Source: an uncultured delta proteobacterium (lineage in GTDB: Bacteria > Desulfobacterota > Desulfuromonadia > Desulfuromonadales > BM103). Taken from it: a stretch of 64,000 nucleotides of DNA. Location of the stretch: positions 96,001 through 160,000 of the forward strand of contig CAVQRZ010000025.1 in the NCBI GenBank assembly GCA_963715335.1, read 5' to 3'. This document shows, piece by piece, positions 40,451 to 49,705 of this stretch; positions within the stretch are counted from its first letter, which is position 1; every line of letters starts with the position of its first letter. Position numbers and translations under genes: made by a program. The notes below the pieces were generated by a model that was given only the letters and a program-made list of their open reading frames with translations, had not been told where the DNA came from and made no database searches.

Positions 40451-42180
40451 TGAAGGCCATAATCAAGCGCCTGTGGGTACCCCGTCATGACTCTCCCGAC
40501 TATTCCCTAGCCGGCGACTACGCAGACCAGTTAGGTGTCTCCAGCCTGGTCGCTCGTCTTCTGATCGGCCGACAATTCTCGCTTGAGTCCGCCCGTCAGT
40601 TCCTTGCCGTGCGGCTTGCCGATTTGCCCGATCCTTTTCTGCTCCCGGATATGGCTCTCGCTGTTAATCGCCTCTATGCTGCAATTGAGAATCGAGAAAA
40701 GATCGCCATTCACGGTGATTATGATGTCGACGGCATCTCGGGAACGGTTCTGCTGACTGCTGTTTTCAAGGCTTTCGGGGCGGACGTTGAATACCATATC
40801 CCGCTGCGTTTGCGAGACGGCTACGGGCTCTCCGCGGAGGCAATAAAAGCGGCTGCAGCCAGGGACGTTAACGTCATCGTATCGGTTGACTGCGGCGTGT
40901 CGGCCCACGCAGAGGCTGATCTCGCCAGACAACATGGTATCGATCTGATCGTTACCGATCATCATCAGCCACCAGCGACCCTGCCACAGGCTGTTGCTGT
41001 GATTAACCCGCAAAGGCAGGACTCCAATTTCCCCTTCCGGCCATTGGCCGGGGTCGGTGTGGCATTTTTCCTGCTGATTGCCTTGCGCAAAACAATGCGC
41101 GAAGCCGGTTGGTTTAAAGCACACCCGGAGCCGGACCTGCGCGACTATCTCGATCTGGTGGCACTGGGGACGATTGCTGACCTTGTTCCTCTACAGGGAG
41201 TCAACCGAACGCTTGCCAGTCATGGCCTCAGGTTGATCGAAAACGGCCCTCGCATCGGTTTGCGAGCACTCAAGCAAGTGGCTTCGGTCAAGAATGTTTC
41301 CAGTGGGGTCGTCGGCTTCCAGTTGGCTCCTCGCCTGAACGCCGCTGGACGTATGGAAGATGCCGCTCTCGGTGTAGAGCTCTTGCTCGAAGAAGATCTG
41401 GTGCGTGCCATGAATACGGCACGTTACCTTGACCAGTGTAATCGTGCGCGCCAGGAACTGGAAAAGCAGACCTTGCGCGAAGCAGAGACGGCTGTTGCCA
41501 GGCTATCCGACCAGCATACCCACACGATCGTCCTCGGCGGCGAAGGTTGGCATCCGGGCGTAATCGGGATTGTCGCCAGCCGTCTCGTGGAACGTTATCA
41601 TCGGCCGACCGTTTTGGTGGCTCTTGACGGAGATGGCGGTAAAGGGTCGGCGAGGTCAATTCGCGGCTATCACCTGTACCAGGGGCTGCAATCATGTGCC
41701 GAACATCTCATGGCCTTTGGCGGACATGAAATGGCCGCAGGTCTGAGTCTTAGCAGGCAGGAGTTGCCGGCTTTTGCCTTAGCTCTGGAAGCCCATGCTC
41801 GTGGAAAACTAGGCGATGACGATCTGCTCCCCAAATTGCGCCACGACGGCACTGTGTTACTCGAAGAGATAGATCTCGATGCTCTTCGCCAAATGGAAAG
41901 TATGGCGCCGTTCGGCATGGAAAACCCGGAACCGCTGATGGTTGTCGAGGCTGTGCGTGCCATGCGGGTCCAGGAACTCGAGGGCGGACATTTGCGATTT
42001 ACGGTTTGCCAGGGTGCGTTCAGCCATCCGGCGATTGCCTTTGGCATGCAAGAGCGGCGGCAGGAGTTCCAGGGTGAGATTGATCTGCTGGTTGCGCCAC
42101 AGATCAATTATTACCAGGGGCGTGAGACAGTGCAGTTGCGGGTCAGGGACGTCAGGAAATCAGTCAAATGTGAAAAATGA
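40450..42180 (+). CDS. recJ: Single-stranded-DNA-specific exonuclease RecJ
   Basis: GDYDVDG, VDCG, TDHH, LAGVGVAF, GTIADLVPL, PRLNAAGR, GGHEMAAG; TTG start with no clear RBS. Confidence 0.96.
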   Translation: MKAIIKRLWVPRHDSPDYSLAGDYADQLGVSSLVARLLIGRQFSLESARQFLAVRLADLPDPFLLPDMALAVNRLYAAIENREKIAIHGDYDVDGISGTVLLTAVFKAFGADVEYHIPLRLRDGYGLSAEAIKAAAARDVNVIVSVDCGVSAHAEADLARQHGIDLIVTDHHQPPATLPQAVAVINPQRQDSNFPFRPLAGVGVAFFLLIALRKTMREAGWFKAHPEPDLRDYLDLVALGTIADLVPLQGVNRTLASHGLRLIENGPRIGLRALKQVASVKNVSSGVVGFQLAPRLNAAGRMEDAALGVELLLEEDLVRAMNTARYLDQCNRARQELEKQTLREAETAVARLSDQHTHTIVLGGEGWHPGVIGIVASRLVERYHRPTVLVALDGDGGKGSARSIRGYHLYQGLQSCAEHLMAFGGHEMAAGLSLSRQELPAFALALEAHARGKLGDDDLLPKLRHDGTVLLEEIDLDALRQMESMAPFGMENPEPLMVVEAVRAMRVQELEGGHLRFTVCQGAFSHPAIAFGMQERRQEFQGEIDLLVAPQINYYQGRETVQLRVRDVRKSVKCEK

Positions 42181-42241
42181 AATGTAAAAAGTAACGACAA
42201 AAGCAACATTCCTTTCACACTTCTCACCTTTCACCTTTCAC
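42163..42241. repeat. Inverted heptamer-arm hairpin (probable bidirectional terminator) between convergent recJ and FNT
   Basis: GTCAAAT GTGAAAA ATGAAAT GTAAAAA ... CTTTCAC TTCTCAC CTTTCAC CTTTCAC; the arms contain both stop codons. Confidence 0.65.
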
Positions 42242-43036
42242 ACCCTTCAAATAAGCAAACCAGTAGGCAAATCCGACGAAAAACGCCCCGCCGATAATGT
42301 TGCCGAGGGTGACCGGGATCAGGTTGCCGATAAAAAAGTTCGACCAGGTCAGGGCGGGGACCGTCAGTCCGAGTTCTGCCTTTAGCAGTAGCCCGCTGGG
42401 GATGAAATACATATTGGCAACGTTATGCTCAAAACCACTGGCGACAAAAGCCATGATCGGAGCGTAGCAGGCCAGCATCTTGCCAGGGATGTCACGCGCT
42501 GCGGTGGCCATGAAAACCGCCAGGCAGACCAGCCAGTTGCACAGAATCCCTCTGACCAGGGCAACGCCGAAGGACAGTTCGCATTTTGCTGCCGCAATAT
42601 TGACGGCATGCTCTGCGACACGACCGATTTGCCAGAGTTCCGACTCGACCATCAGCCAGGCCAGGAAGAGGGAGCCTACCAGGTTGCCGATGATCACGAT
42701 TGCCCAGTTCTCAGCGATCTTGTGCCAGGGAATCTGGCCATGCAGGGCCGTCTTGGTGAGCAGGCTGTTGCCGGTGAAGAGTTCCGCGCCGCAGATGACG
42801 ACCAGCATCAACCCAAGAGAAAAAACGCTGCCACCGAGCAGGCGCGATATGCCGACACCGACATGCTGTGCGGTGTCAGATGTGACCAAGGTGGCAAGCT
42901 CGGCGCCGAAGGCAATGTAGAAACCGGCCAAGAGACTCAAAACCCAGGTTCGGGACGCGGGTTGGGTCAGAACCCGGCGGCCGTTATCGGCAATCAGCTG
43001 GGTCGTCTCGATCGGTGTCAGAAAACGTTTTTCCAT
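42224..43036 (-). CDS. Formate/nitrite transporter (FNT) family channel
   Basis: AGFYIAFG, GAELFTGN, GNLVG, GILCNWLVC, FEHNVANMY, VTLGNIIGG. Confidence 0.95.
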   Translation of the reverse strand: MEKRFLTPIETTQLIADNGRRVLTQPASRTWVLSLLAGFYIAFGAELATLVTSDTAQHVGVGISRLLGGSVFSLGLMLVVICGAELFTGNSLLTKTALHGQIPWHKIAENWAIVIIGNLVGSLFLAWLMVESELWQIGRVAEHAVNIAAAKCELSFGVALVRGILCNWLVCLAVFMATAARDIPGKMLACYAPIMAFVASGFEHNVANMYFIPSGLLLKAELGLTVPALTWSNFFIGNLIPVTLGNIIGGAFFVGFAYWFAYLKGVKGER

Positions 43037-43097
43037 TGCGGGTTGAAACGCGTGGCGCGAAGCACAGAAAGCTGCTCCGGCCTGCGTCCTCCTTCAT

Positions 43098-44288
43098 CTA
43101 TGCGAGGCCGATGTCCTTTGCCAGCTTTTCCCACGCGGGCAGGCTGCGTTTGATAATCCCCATCTCAACGCAGTAAGCGATGCGGAAATAACCCGGGGCG
43201 CCGAACCCGGAGCCGGGGACAAGCAGAATGTTGTGTTGCTGTGCCCGTCGAACGAACGCAACATCGTCTTTAATCGGGGCCTTTGGGAAGAAATAGAAGC
43301 CGCCGCCCGGCTTGATCAACTCAAAGCCGAGGCCGGTCAGATGGTTGTAGAGGATGTCGCGTTTCTCCTGGTATTCGGTGACGTCAACACTCTCGCTTTG
43401 AAGCTTTGCGACCAGCCGTTGCATCAGGGCGGGTGCGTTGACAAAGCCAAGCACGCGGTTGCAGAAAACGGCACCTTCTATGAACAGGCCCGCGTCATCC
43501 ATGGATGGATTGGCGGCCAGGTAGCCGATGCGCTCTCCGGGAAGGGCCAGGTCTTTGGAATGTGACGTGACCAGAATGGAGTTGCGTATATATTTGAAAA
43601 CCGGGGGGACGCTGTTGCCGTCAAACGCCAACCGTGCGTAAGGTTCATCGGAGATCGTGTAGATGGTGCTGCCGAGCTCTTTTTGCTTTCGTTCGAGCAT
43701 CCGGCCCAGATCAGCCAGGGTGTCGGCGCTGTAAACCGCTCCGGTCGGATTGTTTGGCGAGTTGATGATGATGACGCGAGTGTTGTGCGTGATCGCAGCT
43801 TCAATGGCAGCGATGTCGGGCTGGAATGTCTCAGGATCAGTCCAGACCTCTTTCGTAACCCCTCCATGATTATCTGCGTAGAATTTATATTCGACAAAAA
43901 ACGGCGTCAGGACAATAACTTCTTCACCAGGATTGAGGACCGTTTTTAATGTAACATTTAAGGCCCCGCCGGCACCGCAGGTCATGACAATGTGTTTTGC
44001 GCTGATTGGTATGCCGGATGTTTCTTCGAGATGTTTGGCTACCGATGCGCGTGTCTCCTCATAGCCCGCATTGTTCATGTACCTGTGCATCCCAAGGTCC
44101 GGATGTTCCGCCAGCAGGCGTAATTCGCGCTGAAACGCCGCCGGTGGTTCTACGGAAGGGTTCCCCAGGGTGAAATCATAGACGTTTTCAGCTCCGCATT
44201 CGGCAATTAACGCTGCACCTTCTTCAAACATGCGACGAATCCAGGATGAATGTTCTATCGCACGCTGAACCTTGAGTGAAATTGACAT
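43098..44288 (-). CDS. PLP-dependent aminotransferase class I/II (aspartate aminotransferase-like)
   Basis: SSWIRRMFEEG, INSPNNPTG, SDEPY, SHSKDLALPGERIG (PLP Lys); ATG 44288 after GAGGAG. Confidence 0.93.
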   Translation of the reverse strand: MSISLKVQRAIEHSSWIRRMFEEGAALIAECGAENVYDFTLGNPSVEPPAAFQRELRLLAEHPDLGMHRYMNNAGYEETRASVAKHLEETSGIPISAKHIVMTCGAGGALNVTLKTVLNPGEEVIVLTPFFVEYKFYADNHGGVTKEVWTDPETFQPDIAAIEAAITHNTRVIIINSPNNPTGAVYSADTLADLGRMLERKQKELGSTIYTISDEPYARLAFDGNSVPPVFKYIRNSILVTSHSKDLALPGERIGYLAANPSMDDAGLFIEGAVFCNRVLGFVNAPALMQRLVAKLQSESVDVTEYQEKRDILYNHLTGLGFELIKPGGGFYFFPKAPIKDDVAFVRRAQQHNILLVPGSGFGAPGYFRIAYCVEMGIIKRSLPAWEKLAKDIGLA

Positions 44289-44557
44289 GGCCTGCTCCTC
44301 TATCTCGAACCTAACTGAATTGAAAAGTTGCGCTGTGAGTGTAACTGCGGCGCAGTCGTCGGTCAATGAAATCCGGCAAAATCATCGTGACCGGTTGCCC
44401 GTGCAAAGCTCTTACGAAGATCTCAGGATTCTGTAAGTCATAAATGAGCGAGTTGCCTGATCTTTCAGGGGGTTCGCAATGTCTTAAGGGTCAGGCCTTT
44501 GACTTGCTTTTTCACCGCTCATGGGATAGATTCACTAATTCTGAAAGGACGAATTCC

Positions 44558-45631
44558 GTGGACGAAAAGAAACTTCGGCAATTACGACAACAGATCGATT
44601 CGCTGGATGACCAGGTTCTGGACCTGCTCAATCGCCGGGCCGAAGTCGTCGTCGAGGTCGGCAAGGCCAAGGATGACTCTCAAGGCGTCTACTACGTGCC
44701 GAGCCGGGAAAAGGCGATTTTCGAAAGACTGATTAAAAGGAACGCCGGGCCCTTTCCGGACGAAGGTGTACGTCGGGTTTTCCGCGAGATTATCTCTGCA
44801 TCGCTCTCGCTCGAGCAGCCTCTCAAGGTTGCTTTCCTCGGCCCTCAGGCTACCTATACCCATGTCGCTGCGATGCGCCAGTTTGGCCTTTCCGCGCAAC
44901 TGGTGCCGTTGAAGAGTATCTCGTCGATTTTCGACGAAGTCAGCCGCGGACGTGCCAGCTACGGGGTTGTCCCGGTGGAAAACTCCAACGAGGGTGTCGT
45001 CTCCCACACGCTCGATATGTTCATGTCCTCGGAACTCAAGGTCATTGCTGAAATCCTGTTACCTATATCCCATGACCTGTTGAATCTTTCCGGAGAGATC
45101 AACGATGTCCGCAAGGTGATCTCCCATCCCCAGGCCATTGGACAGTGTCGTGACTGGCTGGAGGAGAACCTGCCTGATATCCCGCTGGTCGATGCGTCGA
45201 GCACCGCGAACGCTGCACAGCAGGCTGCAGAAGATGCCAGTGTGGCCGCGATCGCCAGCGAATCGGCTGCGTCGCTTTATGGTCTGCGGGTGGTTAAAAA
45301 TAAAATCGAGGACAACCCGAACAATTTTACCCGTTTCCTGGTGATAGGTAGCGAGATGCAGGGCCCGAGCGGTAACGACAAGACATCAATCATGTTCAGT
45401 GTCAAGGACAAGGCGGGCGTCCTTTACCATATGCTGGAGCCTTTCAGCAAACGTGATATCAATCTGGCAAAGATAGAGAGCCGTCCCACGAAGGGCAAGG
45501 CATGGGAGTATATCTTCTTTCTCGACATGCTAGGGCATGTCGAAGATCAGAAGATTGCCGGAGCGCTTGAAGAACTGAAGGCCCATTGCCAGTTCCTTAA
45601 GGTGCTTGGTTCATATCCGAAGGCTAAATAA
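44558..45631 (+). CDS. pheA: Chorismate mutase / prephenate dehydratase (P-protein)
   Basis: LRQQIDSLD..LLNRRA, FLGPQAT, VPVENSNEG, SHPQAIGQC, NFTRFLVIG, IESRP; GTG start after AAGGA. Confidence 0.96.
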   Translation: MDEKKLRQLRQQIDSLDDQVLDLLNRRAEVVVEVGKAKDDSQGVYYVPSREKAIFERLIKRNAGPFPDEGVRRVFREIISASLSLEQPLKVAFLGPQATYTHVAAMRQFGLSAQLVPLKSISSIFDEVSRGRASYGVVPVENSNEGVVSHTLDMFMSSELKVIAEILLPISHDLLNLSGEINDVRKVISHPQAIGQCRDWLEENLPDIPLVDASSTANAAQQAAEDASVAAIASESAASLYGLRVVKNKIEDNPNNFTRFLVIGSEMQGPSGNDKTSIMFSVKDKAGVLYHMLEPFSKRDINLAKIESRPTKGKAWEYIFFLDMLGHVEDQKIAGALEELKAHCQFLKVLGSYPKAK

Positions 45632-45663
45632 CGAGGCGCGAGGCACGTGGCGCGTGGCGAGAA
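45631..45663. repeat. Tandem GCGCGWG-type heptamer array after pheA
   Basis: acgag GCGCGAG GCACGTG GCGCGTG GCGAGAA. Confidence 0.7.
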
Positions 45664-45679
45664 AAACAATTTAGAGACA

Positions 45680-46546
45680 ATGGCTGATTTTTATATCGAC
45701 AGGTTGGCGGTGGTCGGGGTCGGACTGATCGGCGGCTCTTTGGCTCTGGCCCTGAAAAAGGCCGGGGCGGTTGGCCACGTGGTTGGTATCGGCCGTGCCT
45801 TGCCAAATCTGGAGACAGCTCTGAAACTGGGCGTCGTGGACAGTTATACCCAGGATCTCGCCAAGGGCGTCGCTGATGCCGACGTGATTTTTCTGGCAAC
45901 ACCGGTACAGGCGCTTGGCGCAGCAGCGAAGCAAGCCATGCCGCACCTCAAGGCCGGCGCGATCATCACCGATGGAGGCAGCGTCAAGCAGGCTGTAATC
46001 GACGCTATCGAGCCGTACCTGCGAGACGATGTTCACTTTGTCCCGGGCCATCCGATTGCCGGTACCGAAAACAGCGGGGCCGAAGCGGCCTTTGCCACAC
46101 TCTATTGCGATCGTCGCTGCATTCTGACGCCGACCGTAAAGACCAAGGCCGAAGCTCTGGACCGTATCCAGCGCATGTGGCAACTGGTCGGCAGCCGGGT
46201 GGTCGTCATGGATGTTGAGAAACATGACCGGGTGCTCGCGGCGATCAGCCACTTGCCGCACATGGTTGCCTATGCTCTGGTGAATGCTGTCGGTTCCTAT
46301 GACCGTTACAACGAGAATATCCTTGAATATTCAGCGGGGGGGTTTCGTGATTTTACCCGTATTGCCTCATCGGATCCTACGATGTGGCGCGATATCGCCA
46401 TGACCAACCGCGAGGCATTGATCGAAATGATGGAACAGTTCGAGACTTTCTTTGCCGAACTGAAAGAAGATGTTGCGATCGGCTCCGGGGAGAGGCTCTT
46501 CGAGTTCTTCCGGCGCTCCAAAGAAAGTCGGGACGAAATCCTCTAG
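45680..46546 (+). CDS. tyrA: Prephenate/arogenate dehydrogenase
   Basis: GVGLIGGS, DGGSVK, GHPIAGTE, HDRVLAAISHLPH, GFRDFTRIASS. Confidence 0.94.
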   Translation: MADFYIDRLAVVGVGLIGGSLALALKKAGAVGHVVGIGRALPNLETALKLGVVDSYTQDLAKGVADADVIFLATPVQALGAAAKQAMPHLKAGAIITDGGSVKQAVIDAIEPYLRDDVHFVPGHPIAGTENSGAEAAFATLYCDRRCILTPTVKTKAEALDRIQRMWQLVGSRVVVMDVEKHDRVLAAISHLPHMVAYALVNAVGSYDRYNENILEYSAGGFRDFTRIASSDPTMWRDIAMTNREALIEMMEQFETFFAELKEDVAIGSGERLFEFFRRSKESRDEIL

Positions 46547-46609
46547 AATAGGGTGCGCTGGACTGAGCAAGAGAACGCGGATAGCTTAATAATCAAAAGA
46601 ACAACACTA

Positions 46610-47917
46610 ATGAGCGAAAAAACCTTTCAGAAAAGAATCGTATCTCCGGCAAAAGTCTTGCGGGGAGAGATATCCGTTCCGGGTGACAAATCGATTTCGC
46701 ACCGCTCGATCATGCTTGGATCGCTGGCGGAAGGCACGACCCGTGTCAGCGGTTTCCTCATGGGCGAAGACAACCTGTCTACCTGGAAAGCATTCGAGGC
46801 CATGGGCGTGGCGATTAGTCAGACCGGTGCCGATGCGCTCGAAATAACAGGTGTCGGGATCGACGGACTTGCAGAGCCTGGAAACGTGATCGATTGCGGT
46901 AATTCAGGAACGACAATGCGCCTGATGTCAGGGTTGCTCGCCGGACAGAACTTTTTCTCAGTCCTCACAGGTGACAAGTACCTCCGAAAAAGGCCAATGA
47001 AGAGAGTCGTCACGCCACTGACTGCCATGGGCGCCCGGATCTGGGGTCGTGATGGCGGTGAGAGGGCGCCACTGGCTATCCGGGGAGGTTCCCTCACACC
47101 GCTCAACTATGCATCGCCAGTCTCCAGTGCACAGGTGAAGTCTGCAATCCTTCTGGCCGGCCTGTCAGTGGAGGGAGAAACAACGGTGACGGAGCCACAC
47201 TTGTCGCGTGATCACAGCGAGCGCATGCTGACATGTTTCGGGGCCGATGTCCGGCCGTTCGAGGGAGGCGTCACTTTGCTTGGCAGGCCTCGACTGGCTG
47301 CGCAGCAGATCACGGTTCCCGGAGACATTTCATCAGCAGCCTTTTTCATGGTTGCCGGGCTAATTACACCCGGTGCCGAGCTTCTGATCCGCAATGTTGG
47401 TATCAACCCGACCCGTAGCGGAGTGATTGATATCCTGACGGCCATGGGTGGGCGACTCGAATTGCACGATATCAGGGAGCAGTCGGGAGAACCGGTTGCC
47501 GATGTCCTGGTTCGCTATAGCCAACTCAAAGCAATAGATATCCATGGTGACATGGTCCCTCGCGCCATAGATGAATTCCCGGTAATCAGTGTCGCCGCTG
47601 CCCTGGCAGAGGGAACGACCACCATCCGCGAAGCCGAAGAGCTGCGCGTTAAGGAAACCGACCGCATCGCCGCCATGGTCAGCGAGTTGACGAAGATTGG
47701 CGGACAGGTTGAAGCACGCCCCGATGGGATGGTGATCAACGGGGTTGAGCGTTTTGACGGTGCGACCGTTTCTTCACACGGGGATCACCGTATTGCCATG
47801 AGCATGGCCGTGGCCGCTCTTTCCGCTGTCGGTGGGGTAACGATCGAGGATACGGGCTGCACGGAGACTTCGTTCCCCGGTTTCTGGGAACTGATTGAAA
47901 AGATTCGTGGCGCGTAG
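46610..47917 (+). CDS. aroA: 3-phosphoshikimate 1-carboxyvinyltransferase (class II)
   Basis: PGDKSISHR, GNSGTTMRL, SAQVKSA, PGDISSAAF, ELRVKETDRI, DHRIAM. Confidence 0.97.
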   Translation: MSEKTFQKRIVSPAKVLRGEISVPGDKSISHRSIMLGSLAEGTTRVSGFLMGEDNLSTWKAFEAMGVAISQTGADALEITGVGIDGLAEPGNVIDCGNSGTTMRLMSGLLAGQNFFSVLTGDKYLRKRPMKRVVTPLTAMGARIWGRDGGERAPLAIRGGSLTPLNYASPVSSAQVKSAILLAGLSVEGETTVTEPHLSRDHSERMLTCFGADVRPFEGGVTLLGRPRLAAQQITVPGDISSAAFFMVAGLITPGAELLIRNVGINPTRSGVIDILTAMGGRLELHDIREQSGEPVADVLVRYSQLKAIDIHGDMVPRAIDEFPVISVAAALAEGTTTIREAEELRVKETDRIAAMVSELTKIGGQVEARPDGMVINGVERFDGATVSSHGDHRIAMSMAVAALSAVGGVTIEDTGCTETSFPGFWELIEKIRGA

Positions 47918-48055
47918 CGCGTGGCGTGACAACCAAAATGCTAAAACTACGAGAGGAACAATTTCCAAGAATGTTTTTGACATACAAACAACTGAATTCA
48001 TGCACTGATAAATATTCGTTTTTCCTCGCGCCACGCGCCACGTGCCACGCGCCAC
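47904..48055. repeat. Inverted heptamer-arm element with AT-rich core between aroA and cmk
   Basis: Left ttcgtg GCGCGTA GCGCGTG GCGTGAC; right CTCGCGC CACGCGC CACGTGC CACGCGC CAC; about 95 nt AT-rich spacer. Confidence 0.75.
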
Positions 48056-48065
48056 TTTTTCAACC

Positions 48066-48761
48066 ATGAAAAAATTCATCATCGCCATAGACGGTCCTTC
48101 CGGAGTCGGTAAAAGCACCCTCAGCAAGCTGCTTGCCCGGGAACTCGGTTATCTCAACCTGGACACAGGAGCGATGTACCGGGCGGTTGCTCTGGCGGCG
48201 TCCCGTGGCGGAATCGACGCCAATGACCACGCTGCCCTGCAAAAACTCTGCAAAGACATTTTTATAAAATTTGCCCGTAAGGGTAATGATGAGGTTGTCC
48301 TGTTGAACGGCGAAGATGTCTCCAGAGCAATCCGTACCCCGGAAATCAGCCTTCTGACCGCAGCCGTTGCGGCCTGCCCGGAGGTACGCAAGGCGATGGT
48401 TGAACGACAGAGAGAACTTGGCAACGCGGGCGGAGTGGTTCTCGAGGGGCGTGATATCGGGACTGTGGTTTTCCCTCAGGCGGACGTGAAATTTTTTCTT
48501 AAGGCTTCCTCGGAAGTGCGCGGACAGAGGAGGTTTTTAGAGCTTCAGTCACAGGGCGCAGAGGTTGGCCTGGCACGGACTATTGCCGATGTTAAAGCAC
48601 GCGACAATGCCGATATTAACCGTTTGACTTCACCGCTGAAGCAGGCTGATGATGCTGTACTGATCGATACCACAGAGCTCGATATCCCCCAGGTCCTCGA
48701 ACATATGCTCACGGTCATTCATGAAACCTGCAACCCAGGTCAAGCTGGCCAGCCCGGTTGA
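48066..48761 (+). CDS. cmk: Cytidylate kinase
   Basis: IAIDGPSGVGKST, DTGAMYRA, EGRDIGTVVFP. Confidence 0.97.
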   Translation: MKKFIIAIDGPSGVGKSTLSKLLARELGYLNLDTGAMYRAVALAASRGGIDANDHAALQKLCKDIFIKFARKGNDEVVLLNGEDVSRAIRTPEISLLTAAVAACPEVRKAMVERQRELGNAGGVVLEGRDIGTVVFPQADVKFFLKASSEVRGQRRFLELQSQGAEVGLARTIADVKARDNADINRLTSPLKQADDAVLIDTTELDIPQVLEHMLTVIHETCNPGQAGQPG

Positions 48762-48764
48762 TCC

Positions 48765-49604
48765 ATGGAAATTATTCTCGCCAAAAGCGCCGGCTTCTGC
48801 TTCGGCGTAAGACGTGCCACCCAAATGGCTTTCGAAGCTGCTGCTGAACATGAGCATATCTGCTCTCTCGGGCCGGTGATTCATTCACCACAGGTTGTCA
48901 AGGGCTTGGCTGAACAGGGAGTCAGGGTTGTTGCCAATGTTGAGGATATCCCCCCCGGTTCGGTGATTATCCGTTCCCATGGCGTGACTGCCGAAGAGAT
49001 GGACAAGATCCAGAAAAACAACCTGACAATTGTCGATGCCACCTGTCCGTTTGTCAAAAAAGCCCAGGAGTACGCATCCCGGCTCAGTGAAGAGGGGTAC
49101 ACCGTCGTCATTGTCGGTGAGCTTGAACATCCTGAAGTGCAGGGGATTGTTTCCTATTCGGACGGTGCCGTCGTGCATGTTGTAGCCGATGCCAAACAAG
49201 CTGAATCCCTGCCGCGAATGAAGAAGGTCGGGATCGTCGCACAGACTACGCAGCTTTATGAAAACCTTAAGGATATTATGGATGTTTGTCTGGCAAAAAG
49301 CCAGGAACTGAGGGTTTTCAATACTATCTGTGACGCAACATCGGTTCGCCAGAACGAAGCGAGAGAGATTGCCCGGGCCGTAGACCTGATGTTCGTAATC
49401 GGTGGTCAGGCCAGTGCCAACACATCACGCTTGGCAAGCATCTGCAGGGAAATCCAGCCGCAGACCTGGCATGTCGAAACTGCTGAAGAAATCAGCCCTG
49501 ACTATTTTGAGGATATCCGGAAGGTCGGCGTGACTGCCGGCGCATCAACACCGCGCTGGTTGATTGATGAAGTTATTGCAAGGATTGCTGAACTGGGAAA
49601 ATAA
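48765..49604 (+). CDS. ispH: 4-hydroxy-3-methylbut-2-enyl diphosphate reductase
   Basis: AGFCFGV, IRSHG, DATCPFV, HPEV, NTICDAT..RQ, TAGASTP. Confidence 0.96.
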   Translation: MEIILAKSAGFCFGVRRATQMAFEAAAEHEHICSLGPVIHSPQVVKGLAEQGVRVVANVEDIPPGSVIIRSHGVTAEEMDKIQKNNLTIVDATCPFVKKAQEYASRLSEEGYTVVIVGELEHPEVQGIVSYSDGAVVHVVADAKQAESLPRMKKVGIVAQTTQLYENLKDIMDVCLAKSQELRVFNTICDATSVRQNEAREIARAVDLMFVIGGQASANTSRLASICREIQPQTWHVETAEEISPDYFEDIRKVGVTAGASTPRWLIDEVIARIAELGK

Positions 49605-49608
49605 TAGT

Positions 49609-49637
49609 TTGAGTTTTCCCGGGACCTATGCTATCTT
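49609..49637 (+). promoter_or_regulatory. Putative internal sigma70 promoter for rpsA
   Basis: TTGAGT-17 nt-TATCTT with extended TG. Confidence 0.55.
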
Positions 49638-49705
49638 CGCCGACCAATGGCCTGAGAGCCATACCACCGTTTTTACGGTGGAAATTGCTAGGGGGTAACT
49701 GGTTA

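Noticed and set aside
39979..40466. Short ORFs spanning the TPR-recJ gap
   Set aside because: They cross a terminator, and their apparent similarity to other ORFs is only the off-frame reading of the FNT-derived repeat
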